The notes beneath the pieces are model-generated. The model ran no database searches, was not told the origin of the DNA, and worked only from the letters and a program-made list of their open reading frames with translations. From the NCBI GenBank assembly GCA_035457005.1, contig DATICB010000011.1:4098-68097 (forward strand): a DNA stretch of 64,000 nt. Reading direction: 5' to 3'. Below, in pieces: positions 37,877-47,613 of the stretch. This DNA comes from Patescibacteria group bacterium (GTDB lineage: Bacteria; Patescibacteriota; Microgenomatia; Levybacterales; UBA12049). Position 1 is the first letter of the stretch, and each line of letters opens with the position of its first letter. A program made the position numbers and the translations under genes.

Positions 37877-38451
37877 AAAAAATTGACAAAATAAGTTACT
37901 ATTTGAGAATTTATTTTGTCATTCTGAGCAAAGCGAAGGAACTCCTCCTACTTATCGCAATTTTCTTTTTTATCGCCACTCAAACTTCATTTGCAGCATC
38001 TCCGTATGTTTTACCATATCCATCTGCAATGCCAGGTGGAGTAAGCTATAAATTGCATATTGTTTGGGAAAAAATAATGCAATATTGGTATTTTGGAGAT
38101 TTCGGTCAATATACATACAATCTCAAAGAATCAGATAAATATCTTGTTGAGGCAAAAACATTATTTGAATACAACCAATATCTATTGGGTTTTGCTGCAT
38201 TGCAAAAATCAAATACATATTTTGCTCATGTGCAACCATTTTTAGAAAAAGCCAAACAAGATGGGAAAAACATTACGGAAAATCAGTTAGCGCTCCAACA
38301 AGCTGCTGCTAAGCATATTGAGGTTTTACAAAAAATGGAAAACGAAACCCCTAGCGATTTCACTTGGACACCAGAAAAAAATCCTTCAAGCACACTTCAC
38401 ATCCACCAACTTATTCAACAAGCAATAGAAGAAAGGCAAAAAGATTTATGA
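37873..38451 (+). CDS. Hypothetical exported helical protein
   Basis: N-terminal hydrophobic segment; YVLPYPSAMPG; ATGA overlaps at both ends. Confidence 0.7.
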   Translation: MKKIDKISYYLRIYFVILSKAKELLLLIAIFFFIATQTSFAASPYVLPYPSAMPGGVSYKLHIVWEKIMQYWYFGDFGQYTYNLKESDKYLVEAKTLFEYNQYLLGFAALQKSNTYFAHVQPFLEKAKQDGKNITENQLALQQAAAKHIEVLQKMENETPSDFTWTPEKNPSSTLHIHQLIQQAIEERQKDL

Positions 38452-39560
38452 GAAAAATTGTATTTATTTTCTATTTTCTTTTTCTTATTTCTTTTGTTGT
38501 GTTTTCTTATCTTTTTGTTGACCCGGGACTTTTTTACTTACGATTTTCATTTACCAATTTTTTTCAATTACACAGAGTCATTACAACATGTCTATTTTCT
38601 CTGAGTATTATTTTCTTTTTTACATTCTATGCTTATTTTTTGCATGAGGTAAATCGAAATACCGTTTCGATCAGTACAATTTTTGCATTGAGTATTGGGT
38701 CTGCTGCTGTTTTACTTTTTGCCTATCCGGCAATGATTTCATTCGATATTTTCAACTACATTGCTACTGCAAAAGTAACATTTTTTTATCATGAGAATCC
38801 CTATATTCTTATGCCAATAGCATTTACTAAAGACCCATTACTCCTTTTTATGCACGCTCCTAATAAAATAGCATTGTATGCACCTTTTTGGATCTTACTT
38901 ACTGCAGTACCATATATACTTGGATTTGGTAATTTTTTACTTATTCTTTTTAACTTCAAACTTTTTTCAGCATTTTTTTATCTCTGTACTATTTTTCTTC
39001 TTTGGAAAATGACAAAAAGTAAATTCAAAACAACACTTTTCGCACTCAACCCTTTGGTATTAATTGAGCTTCTCGTTAGTGCCCACAACGAGTCGATAAT
39101 GCTTTTTTTATTTCTAGCAGGTAGTTATTTCCTTTTTGAAAACCAAAAAGGGAAGGGGAGTGTATTGTTTGTTTTGTCTATTTTTATTAAATATGCAACA
39201 GCTGTCCTTGTGCCTTTATTTATATATGCAACAATCAAACAAATATCAAAAGAGAGATTTTTCCTTTGGACAACAATTTTTATGTATATTATATTTTTTG
39301 CATCCGCCTTCCGTGAAGAAATTTATCCATGGTACACATTATGGTTTTTCTTGCCTTCTATTTTTTTATTCAAAAACAGTTTGTTTACCTGGATAACTAC
39401 AACGTTTACCTTTAGCATGCTGCTCCGGTACATCCCGTTTATGTTTATCGGAACGTACTTTGGTCCGACGCCTCTTCTTAAAATTGTTCTTATGTGGATC
39501 CCTGTCTTACTTGCCGCACTTGCATACTTTACAACACAGAAAAAGAAACAACTTATATGA
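38448..39560 (+). CDS. GT-C glycosyltransferase (MptA/B-like)
   Basis: SFDIFNY, NPY, YAP, ALNPL, AHNE, IKY, YPWY. Confidence 0.8.
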   Translation: MRKIVFIFYFLFLISFVVFSYLFVDPGLFYLRFSFTNFFQLHRVITTCLFSLSIIFFFTFYAYFLHEVNRNTVSISTIFALSIGSAAVLLFAYPAMISFDIFNYIATAKVTFFYHENPYILMPIAFTKDPLLLFMHAPNKIALYAPFWILLTAVPYILGFGNFLLILFNFKLFSAFFYLCTIFLLWKMTKSKFKTTLFALNPLVLIELLVSAHNESIMLFLFLAGSYFLFENQKGKGSVLFVLSIFIKYATAVLVPLFIYATIKQISKERFFLWTTIFMYIIFFASAFREEIYPWYTLWFFLPSIFLFKNSLFTWITTTFTFSMLLRYIPFMFIGTYFGPTPLLKIVLMWIPVLLAALAYFTTQKKKQLI

Positions 39561-41389
39561 CCACTTGGCTTTTTCTCCTTTTTGTATTTGTTCATGGAGC
39601 AGTAATTGCTCATTTGTGTATTAAGAAAGATGGCGATGCCCGACTTGCTTCTGCTTTTATATTCGGCTCGCTAGCATCAACGACACCCATATATCTTTTA
39701 ACAGTTGCTATAAAATCATTAAATACATCATTGATACTATTTTTTTGTATTTCTTTACTCTTTTTTATTTTGTTGAGAAACAAATACATACAGGCATTTA
39801 TTCAATTTCGTAATGTTCACTGGACAAGATGGTGTCTGTTGGGATTGCTTTTTATAGCATCGTACTATCTATTTTCAAAAGCATTTGGATACGATAGTAT
39901 TCACGGAAATTTTCTTATTGCGTCTCATGTGTACATGGACATGGGTGCACACATACCCTTTATACGTTCCTTTTCTATGGGGAACAATATTCCGTTTGCT
40001 GTGCCTTTTTTTGCAGAGAAATCTATTTTTTATTATCCTTTGTTTGATTTTTACACAGGACTTTTGGAAAAATATGGCATGCGAATAGATATTGCATACA
40101 ACTTTTTAAGCTCACTAACATTAATCTCATTTATCGTACTTTTATATAAAACAACGTATGTGCTTTTCAGAAAAAAATCCATCAGTATTCTTACTGTTTT
40201 TCTTTTCTTTTTTCCAAGCACTTTGCAGACTCCTTTGCTACAGACTGCATCATTCAAACTTTTTCTGCAAAGCTTCTGGCATATAACTTCGTACAACGGG
40301 AGTGGTCCACTTGGAGAAAATACAATTCAGGTTTTTTGGTATTTTAATACATTTCTTAATCAACGACCCTTACTCTTTGGTCTTGCTTCGCTTTTTCTTT
40401 TTGTATTTATGTTTTTACAACAAGACAAAAAAATACTCACTAAATCAATGCAAATTGTACTTGGGACATTGTTAGGATTTCTTGCACTGTGGCATACACT
40501 TATCTACACAATATCTTTTTTTCTTCTTGGGTCAATTTCTTTGCAGATAAAATATTTTTTTAAATATATTCCTTTCTTTTTTATTTCGCTTTGCATAGGA
40601 GTCCCGGCTGTTTTACTACTGGACAAATTTCCCATTGTTTTCAAACCCGGATTTGTACTGTCCAATACTCTTTCTTTGGAAAGATTATTACTGTTTTGGG
40701 GTTGGAATCTTGGTGTGGGAATAGTGCTTATACCCCTTGGATTTATTTTTGCAAAGAAAAATATGAAATTGTTTTTTGTTCCTATTTTTTTACTTTTTAT
40801 TGTACCCAACCTTTTTCAACTTGCACCATACATGTATGATAATCATAAATTTTTCTCTATTTGGATTATATTTGCAAATATGCTGAGCGCACTTGCGCTA
40901 GCAACTATATGGAACAAGAAACTCCTTGGCAAAATCCTAACATGCATTTTCCTTTTGTTTTATATTCTTCCAGGCCTGTGTAATTTTCTAGTTATTAAAA
41001 ATGATGTAAAGGCAGTGGTTACTGACTATCCTCGTAATTCATTTATGACGTTTGTAAAGAAAAATCTTCCCAACGACAGTATTATTTTTACCAATGGAGA
41101 AATATACGATCCTACAAATCTTGTTGGAAAAAAGACATATCTTGGGAGAGTGCATTTTATCTATACCTACGGAGTCTCTGCAGATACAGCTATACAAAAT
41201 AAAAATATTGCTCTCTTAGGACAAGATAAAAATTCAATCCAGATTCTTTTCAAGAGACTGAATATACGATATGCTGTATTTTATAAGAATAATTTTGCAC
41301 ATAATACAAGCGACGTTAATATAAATTTCTACAAAAAAAACTTTACAAAAATATATGAAGACACTAATGGCATTATTTTCAAAATATAA
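39557..41389 (+). CDS. Polytopic GT-C-like membrane protein
   Basis: Many TM helices; YMDMGAH, YYPL, NQR, DNHKF. Confidence 0.7.
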   Translation: MTTWLFLLFVFVHGAVIAHLCIKKDGDARLASAFIFGSLASTTPIYLLTVAIKSLNTSLILFFCISLLFFILLRNKYIQAFIQFRNVHWTRWCLLGLLFIASYYLFSKAFGYDSIHGNFLIASHVYMDMGAHIPFIRSFSMGNNIPFAVPFFAEKSIFYYPLFDFYTGLLEKYGMRIDIAYNFLSSLTLISFIVLLYKTTYVLFRKKSISILTVFLFFFPSTLQTPLLQTASFKLFLQSFWHITSYNGSGPLGENTIQVFWYFNTFLNQRPLLFGLASLFLFVFMFLQQDKKILTKSMQIVLGTLLGFLALWHTLIYTISFFLLGSISLQIKYFFKYIPFFFISLCIGVPAVLLLDKFPIVFKPGFVLSNTLSLERLLLFWGWNLGVGIVLIPLGFIFAKKNMKLFFVPIFLLFIVPNLFQLAPYMYDNHKFFSIWIIFANMLSALALATIWNKKLLGKILTCIFLLFYILPGLCNFLVIKNDVKAVVTDYPRNSFMTFVKKNLPNDSIIFTNGEIYDPTNLVGKKTYLGRVHFIYTYGVSADTAIQNKNIALLGQDKNSIQILFKRLNIRYAVFYKNNFAHNTSDVNINFYKKNFTKIYEDTNGIIFKI

Positions 41390-42998
41390 ACATTTTTTAC
41401 TGGTTATTCTACTTGGACTTTTTGCCTCTTGGCCACTTTTGCATATTGGACTCATACCAACGCATGATGGAGAATATCATCTTATTCGCTTTTTTGAATT
41501 TGACAAAATGCTTCGTGCAGGATACCTGTATCCCAGATGGGCACCTGATTTGGACTTTTCTTACGGGTTACCTCTTTTTACTTTTGTGTACCCGCTTCCA
41601 AATTATGTAGCCTCTCTTCTTCATTTATTTGGAGCAAGTTTTTTAGATAGTGTCAAACTGGTCATGGTCGTCTCAACTCTTTTTGGAGGACTGTTTTTCT
41701 ATCTCTGGACAGAAAAATTTTGGGGTAGATTGGGTGCGCTTGTATCGACAACATTGTACTTATTCGCACCGTATCGATTTGTCGACATTTACGTTCGCGG
41801 GTCGGTGGGAGAAGTTATGGCACTAGGAGTTTTTCCAGGATTTCTTTGGACGTACACGCAATATATTACCAGTAAAAAACCTGTATACGTTGTTGCTTCT
41901 GCAATCTTTTTAGCACTTACCATTTTTTCTCACAATATTTTGGGACTTATGTTTTTTGTCTTTACCATTTTTTACATGACGCTTCTTATTATTACTAGTC
42001 AGCAGAAAAAATCTCTTACAGTTTCATCACTTTTCATTCTTCTGTTTTCTTTGGGTCTATCTGCAATTTTTTGGTTGCCGGCACTTTTTGAAACACAATT
42101 TGTTAGAGGACTTCAGGTATACAATATTGCCCAAAATTTTCCGGATCTTTCACAATTACTGCTTCCTTCGTGGGGATCTGGATTTTTTGACAGCAATGGC
42201 GGCGATGCAATGTCCACACAAATAGGACTGGCGAATATTTTTGTTATTATAATTAGTTGCATTGTTTTGGCAAAATTATGGAGAAAAAAACAAGAGAAAA
42301 AACCATTTCTTATTTTTTCACTTTTGTGTCTCGCTGTTCTTGTTTTCTTTATGTTGCCAATAAGTTTGTTTTTCTGGCAAACAATACCGCTTATTCATTA
42401 TTTTCAATTTCCGTGGAGACTTTTAAGCTTGGTTATTTTGCTTTGTTCGTTTTTAGCAGGTTCTGTAATGTTACTAAAACCATCAAAACCACTGGCAATT
42501 ATTTTAATCGCAATTGCTATTCTTACAACATATTCGTATACCCAACCAGCATATTATATGGTCCGAACAGATAGCTACTACACTTTACGATCTAATTTTA
42601 TTGATGGCACAAATAGTCCGGGGAATATCTTTGACACAATATGGAACACAACAAAATCAGCAAGATCAAAAGAACGATTTCCAGTGCAGAATGGGCTTTA
42701 CGTAACAGATTTACATTTTCTTTCACCAGTTAATTTTTCTGCACGCACAAATACATTAGCAAACATACAACAATCAGTCGCGCTATCTTTTTTTCCTGGT
42801 TGGCAAGTAACTGTAGACGGAAAAGTTATCACTGTTTTTCCAAGCAAAAATGGTCAGTTAAGCTTTTTATTGCCAAAAGGAAACCATACAGTCCATATAT
42901 TTTTGGTACAGACATTTCTTGAAGAAATTGCGCAATACGTATCATTACTCACCGCTCTCATACTTATTCTTTTTCTCTTGAGAAAAAGACAAAAATGA
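41355..42998 (+). CDS. PTPS-related (YfhO-like) GT-C membrane protein
   Basis: THDGEYH.IR, YPRWAPD, YGLPLF, RGSVGE, QFPWRLL, FFPGWQ. Confidence 0.8.
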   Translation: MKTLMALFSKYKHFLLVILLGLFASWPLLHIGLIPTHDGEYHLIRFFEFDKMLRAGYLYPRWAPDLDFSYGLPLFTFVYPLPNYVASLLHLFGASFLDSVKLVMVVSTLFGGLFFYLWTEKFWGRLGALVSTTLYLFAPYRFVDIYVRGSVGEVMALGVFPGFLWTYTQYITSKKPVYVVASAIFLALTIFSHNILGLMFFVFTIFYMTLLIITSQQKKSLTVSSLFILLFSLGLSAIFWLPALFETQFVRGLQVYNIAQNFPDLSQLLLPSWGSGFFDSNGGDAMSTQIGLANIFVIIISCIVLAKLWRKKQEKKPFLIFSLLCLAVLVFFMLPISLFFWQTIPLIHYFQFPWRLLSLVILLCSFLAGSVMLLKPSKPLAIILIAIAILTTYSYTQPAYYMVRTDSYYTLRSNFIDGTNSPGNIFDTIWNTTKSARSKERFPVQNGLYVTDLHFLSPVNFSARTNTLANIQQSVALSFFPGWQVTVDGKVITVFPSKNGQLSFLLPKGNHTVHIFLVQTFLEEIAQYVSLLTALILILFLLRKRQK

Positions 42999-43010
42999 AT
43001 TAGGATAGGA

Positions 43011-43646
43011 ATGATGGGAAAGTTAGTATTAGTACGACATGGCCAATCGATTTGGAATAAAAAGGGATTGTGGACAGGAAGAACAGATATTGATCTGACA
43101 GAAGAAGGAAGAGAAGAAGCTCGAAAGGCAGGGGAAGCACTCAAGCATATTTCTTTTGTAATTGCCTACACCGCGCCACTTATCCGCACTCGCCACACGC
43201 TTGATGAAATCAAAAATATACTTACAGACACATCATTTCCTGACTACATTACCCCCGCATTGACGGAGAGAGACTACGGAGACTTGACTGGCAAGAATAA
43301 ATGGAACGTAGAAAAAAAATACGGTGAAAAACAATTTTTAGCGTGGAGACGTGGATGGGATACGCCACCACCAAATGGAGAAAGTCTTAAAGACGTCTAC
43401 CAACGGGTTGTACCATTTTATGAAAACGATGTATTACCACGTCTTAAGGAAAATGAAAATGTTCTTGTTGTATCAAGCGGCAATGAATTAAGAGCACTCA
43501 TTAAACATATTGAAGATATTTCTGATAAAGATATTGTCCACACAGAAATCAAAACAGGTGAAGTTTGGGAGTATGACATTAACCACGATGGTGGCATGGT
43601 GAAGAAAAAAATTCTTGTCGCAAATACCAATTCAGAAAAGCAATAA
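43011..43646 (+). CDS. gpmA: 2,3-bisphosphoglycerate-dependent phosphoglycerate mutase
   Basis: LVLVRHGQSIWN, LTERDYG, GESLKD; the usual HGN motif reads SGN here. Confidence 0.85.
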   Translation: MMGKLVLVRHGQSIWNKKGLWTGRTDIDLTEEGREEARKAGEALKHISFVIAYTAPLIRTRHTLDEIKNILTDTSFPDYITPALTERDYGDLTGKNKWNVEKKYGEKQFLAWRRGWDTPPPNGESLKDVYQRVVPFYENDVLPRLKENENVLVVSSGNELRALIKHIEDISDKDIVHTEIKTGEVWEYDINHDGGMVKKKILVANTNSEKQ

Positions 43647-44639
43647 CTATTCAGGAAAAATAATAGTAAAGGTTGTTCCTTTTCCAAGCGTACTTGCAAC
43701 ATCTATTTTTGCTTTATGTCTAAGAAGTATCTCCCTGGCAATAGCAAGACCTAGCCCGCTTCCTGTTTGCGAACGAGACGCATCTTCCTGATAAAAACGT
43801 TCAAAAATTCTTTGAAGATTTTCCTTTGATATACCAATACCACTATCCTCAAAAACGATTGTTGGTTTTGGATGCTGTTTTAAACCAATAATAATAGTGC
43901 CATTTTCTTTTGTGTATTTGATTGCGTTATCAAGAAAAATAATGATTAGCTGTAATAATTCTTGTGTATCACCAAAAACACTCGTAGATTTTCCATTTTT
44001 AAAAACAATCGAAATATGTTTTGACACTGCAGATGCATGCAATGTGCCGATTGCTTCTTTTATTAATTTTGCAAGAGAAACACGAGTAAATTTATTCGTT
44101 TGTAATGTCTCCATTCTGGAAAGAAGCATAAGGTCGTTTGCCATTTTAGTCAGTCTTTGCGTTTGAGCGTTAACTTGTCCCAAAACCTTTTTGTATTCCT
44201 CTTTACTTTTTCCTGTTGTTCGAAGCGACACTTCTGTAGCTGTTTGGATTGCAGCAAGGGGAGTTCGAATTTCATGTGAAACATCTGCTAAAAATTCTTT
44301 TTGTTTTAAAAACGTTTTTTGGATAGGTGATAGCGTTTTACCAGCCAAAAAATAACTTAATCCTCCACCAACTAAAAGAACTAAACCATCAACAACTAAT
44401 AAGTTAAAAAGGAACGCACGTCTTATCGCTACAAGCTGATTGGCAACATCTGCTTTTTCCTCGTCACTAAGCAAGCGTGGAATTCTGCTGTTAAAATCCC
44501 TTTGCACAATAATTCGTACAAAATCCCGCTGCTCGCCGGTATACAAAACAAAAGAAAATGCAAAAAGAATAACAGCTAGTATCGCTACATACCAAGCGGT
44601 GAGGATAATTCGCGTTTTATGAAAATAATAAGAGTCCAT
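43647..44639 (-). CDS. Sensor histidine kinase
   Basis: Two TM; ADVSHEIRTPL, LDNAIKY, DSGIGI, GSGLGL. Confidence 0.93.
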   Translation of the reverse strand: MDSYYFHKTRIILTAWYVAILAVILFAFSFVLYTGEQRDFVRIIVQRDFNSRIPRLLSDEEKADVANQLVAIRRAFLFNLLVVDGLVLLVGGGLSYFLAGKTLSPIQKTFLKQKEFLADVSHEIRTPLAAIQTATEVSLRTTGKSKEEYKKVLGQVNAQTQRLTKMANDLMLLSRMETLQTNKFTRVSLAKLIKEAIGTLHASAVSKHISIVFKNGKSTSVFGDTQELLQLIIIFLDNAIKYTKENGTIIIGLKQHPKPTIVFEDSGIGISKENLQRIFERFYQEDASRSQTGSGLGLAIAREILLRHKAKIDVASTLGKGTTFTIIFPE

Positions 44640-44645
44640 ATATTA

Positions 44646-45314
44646 CTATTTTATCTTATACCCAATACCACGGATTGTCATAAAGACAGGTTTTTCTTTG
44701 GGAAATGCTTTATCTATTTTTTCCCGAAGTCGTTTTACCAAAACATCAACAATATTGCTTAGTAAATTTTCTGAATAATCCCACACATGTGAAATAATTT
44801 GTTCACGTGTCAAAATACTTCCTGGATTTCTCATAAAATATTCTAAGAGTGCATATTCTTTACTTGTCAAAATAATTTCTTTCCCTTTGCGGGTTACTAT
44901 GTGTGTTGCTGGATCAAGTGTGATTGAATCAACAGCAAGAACAGGACTTTTTTTACCATTTCGTCGAATAAGTGCGCGAATACGCGCTAACAATTCTTCA
45001 AAAGAAAACGGCTTAATCAGATAATCATCTGCACCACTATCAAGCCCCGCCACAGTATCGCTTACCGTATCTTTTGCAGTAAGCATAAGAATGGGAGTAT
45101 TATTTTTTTCTTCACGAAGTGTTCTACACAGCGTAATTCCCGACATGCCTGGCAACATAATGTCTAAAATAATAACATCGTAGTCTTCAAACATTGCCTG
45201 TTCGTACCCAAGCGTTCCGTTGTAGCAAACATCGACTGCAAAATGCTCGTCAACGAGACCAATTTTTATAGAATCTGCTAATGTTTTTTCATCTTCAACA
45301 ATAAGAATTCTCAT
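44646..45314 (-). CDS. OmpR-family response regulator
   Basis: RILIVED, LDIMLP, GADDYLIKPF, wHTH TIRGIGY. Confidence 0.95.
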   Translation of the reverse strand: MRILIVEDEKTLADSIKIGLVDEHFAVDVCYNGTLGYEQAMFEDYDVIILDIMLPGMSGITLCRTLREEKNNTPILMLTAKDTVSDTVAGLDSGADDYLIKPFSFEELLARIRALIRRNGKKSPVLAVDSITLDPATHIVTRKGKEIILTSKEYALLEYFMRNPGSILTREQIISHVWDYSENLLSNIVDVLVKRLREKIDKAFPKEKPVFMTIRGIGYKIK

Positions 45315-45382
45315 ACGTATAGTATACCAAAAACGTGCCTGAATTATTGATTTTGAGCATAACAAAGATAAATGAACAGGCA

Positions 45383-45667
45383 ATGAACGAACCGAAACAG
45401 ACACACGAGATATGTATTGCCACAAAAAGAAAACCCTTGTACTATTTCGAAAATATGACCTTTCATCCATGTAGCGGAATGTCTCAAGCTGAAGAGTATA
45501 TTGACGTAGTCCATGATCCAACAGTAAACAGGCAAAGAGCACTAGAAAAAATTAGACGTCGCTTGGATGGAGAGTGGGAAAGAGTACGGTTTGCACCCGC
45601 ATGTAACGAAAGGGGAGAACGATTGAAAGGAAGACTTGCAATAATAGGCACTCGACGTCAGAGATGA
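45383..45667 (+). CDS. Hypothetical Arg-rich orphan (start uncertain)
   Basis: ORF fills the gap between divergent and convergent genes. Confidence 0.4.
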   Translation: MNEPKQTHEICIATKRKPLYYFENMTFHPCSGMSQAEEYIDVVHDPTVNRQRALEKIRRRLDGEWERVRFAPACNERGERLKGRLAIIGTRRQR

Positions 45668-45686
45668 AATGAAGCAAATACTCCCT

Positions 45687-46157
45687 TTACTTTTTTGATG
45701 CTCGTTTTACCACTTTTGCAGTATTCACAATTTCGCGCAACTCGCCATCTTCTCCCTCGATTTCGTTAATCCCAGTAAGTCTTTGGTACTCCAAGAGATA
45801 ATCCGACAAAGCAAATTGCTTGTCTTTTAATTCTGTTGTCATCGATTTGATTTTATTAGAAAGCATAATGTTTTGTGGTTGGCTCGTAATTTGCAAACGA
45901 GTTGCAGATTTTACTTTTATTGCTTCTTTTGCCAAACGCAGGTGCTCTTGATACACAGCATCATTCATAAAACTGTCTTCAAGCATTTGTCTTTGCTTTT
46001 TTACCTCGTCTTTTAATTTATCAATTGAGGCAATGTGGTTTTTAATAAGATTTTCCAAACTTAAAAGTACTGTTGCCTGATCAGAGTCAGATTGCGTGGC
46101 GGAAGTTTCCTCAACAATTTCGCCTTCTGTTACTTCTTCAACTTTGTCTTCATCCAT
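45687..46157 (-). CDS. Hypothetical coiled-coil protein
   Basis: 156 aa; TATAGT 8 nt before ATG. Confidence 0.7.
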   Translation of the reverse strand: MDEDKVEEVTEGEIVEETSATQSDSDQATVLLSLENLIKNHIASIDKLKDEVKKQRQMLEDSFMNDAVYQEHLRLAKEAIKVKSATRLQITSQPQNIMLSNKIKSMTTELKDKQFALSDYLLEYQRLTGINEIEGEDGELREIVNTAKVVKRASKK

Positions 46158-46206
46158 AGAGTATAACTATACAAAATTTCTCAAGAAAAAAACAAGAGGG
46201 TAATTA

Positions 46207-46848
46207 CTATTTTAGGAGAATGTGCAGTCTCGCCATGTACAAATTAGTGAAATACCCCAGACTTGTCATCATTTGCACTTGATATGTTTTGGGCCCAACA
46301 TCCCATACAATAGGATTTGACGACCCAAATTGTCCATCAACAAGTGTCATTGGCGAATACCACACAGGGTGCCCATCGGTGACATTGAAAAGCTGAATTG
46401 ATGCTGTTTGATTTTGAGTGGGAATACCGATTGTTGCTTCAAAATGTACCTCTTTTATGTTGCTATACCTCCCAAAATCAATTTGCGCAGTAAGCCCTGG
46501 GACATTTGTCCACGATGTTGCTTGCGTTGTACCGCTTCCAAAAGGAATAAAAATTTCCTTCACTTGCGGACCTGTTTGCACCACAGGTGCTGACGTTGCC
46601 TGAACGATTGTTGGAACAGCAGTGGTTGGAGAAACCGTTGGCATTGCTGTAGGTGATGTGACAGTTGTCCTCTCTGCATCTGCTGCTTTTTGTTGGTGCA
46701 GTGATAAATAGGTTAAATAGGCTGTATTGGCAAATAAAACCAACAATAAAACAGCAATCAGCATAATTGCTGCACGGACTTTATTTTCATCTCGTGTCAA
46801 ACGTACCAAGAAAAATCTGTCAGCAAATGCTTTTTGTTTTTTGGCCAT
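46207..46848 (-). CDS. Membrane-anchored hypothetical protein with T/P linker
   Basis: Single TM, PT-rich linker, beta-rich C-domain. Confidence 0.7.
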   Translation of the reverse strand: MAKKQKAFADRFFLVRLTRDENKVRAAIMLIAVLLLVLFANTAYLTYLSLHQQKAADAERTTVTSPTAMPTVSPTTAVPTIVQATSAPVVQTGPQVKEIFIPFGSGTTQATSWTNVPGLTAQIDFGRYSNIKEVHFEATIGIPTQNQTASIQLFNVTDGHPVWYSPMTLVDGQFGSSNPIVWDVGPKTYQVQMMTSLGYFTNLYMARLHILLK

Positions 46849-46904
46849 ACATCTAGAGTAGGCAAGAATGACAAAAAAGTAAAGTCCATGGTATACTTAT
46901 CTTC

Positions 46905-47612
46905 GTGATAGATCTCCATGATAAGCGAATTCTTATTACCGGTGCGACGGATGGCCTCGGGTTGGCGATTGCAAAAGAACTAGCTAGACATAACGCACAT
47001 CTTATTGTCCATGGCCGCACAGAAGAAAAAGTCAAAAAAACAGTGAGTGAATTACAAAGCCTTGGTGCAGCAAAAATTGACGAGATTGTTTGCGACTTGA
47101 CACAAACAGAACAAATTGAAAAAGTTTTTTCAGAAATTGATTCTCTAGATGTTCTTATTAATAATGCTGGTATCTGGTTCGAAGGAAATACTATTGATGC
47201 AACTCAGGAAAAAATTATTGAACTAACAAAAGTAAATATGCTTGCGCCGCTTTTAATTACGCGGATTGTCTTGCCAAAACTACTTACTGCTGATTTCGGA
47301 CAAATTCTTAACGTCGTGAGTCTTGACGGAACAACAATACCGTATGAATATTTTAATACTTTCTATGTTGCGACCAAACACGCATTACATGGGTTTACAG
47401 AAAGTTTGGCAAAAGAATTCTACAAAAAGAATCTTCGTGTTATGGGATATTATCCTGGAGGCATGGATACCAAACTCTTCACAAAAAGTGGTGTAAAAAG
47501 AGAGAACGAGCCATGGATGTTTGATCCACAAGAATCTGCAGAAGCAATTGCTTTTATGTTAAGTCGTGATAAATCAGTAAATGTAAAACGAATGGATCTA
47601 GTTAAACAGTAA
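46905..47612 (+). CDS. Short-chain dehydrogenase/reductase
   Basis: TGATDGLG, NNAG, YVATK. Confidence 0.92.
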   Translation: MIDLHDKRILITGATDGLGLAIAKELARHNAHLIVHGRTEEKVKKTVSELQSLGAAKIDEIVCDLTQTEQIEKVFSEIDSLDVLINNAGIWFEGNTIDATQEKIIELTKVNMLAPLLITRIVLPKLLTADFGQILNVVSLDGTTIPYEYFNTFYVATKHALHGFTESLAKEFYKKNLRVMGYYPGGMDTKLFTKSGVKRENEPWMFDPQESAEAIAFMLSRDKSVNVKRMDLVKQ

Positions 47613-47613
47613 T

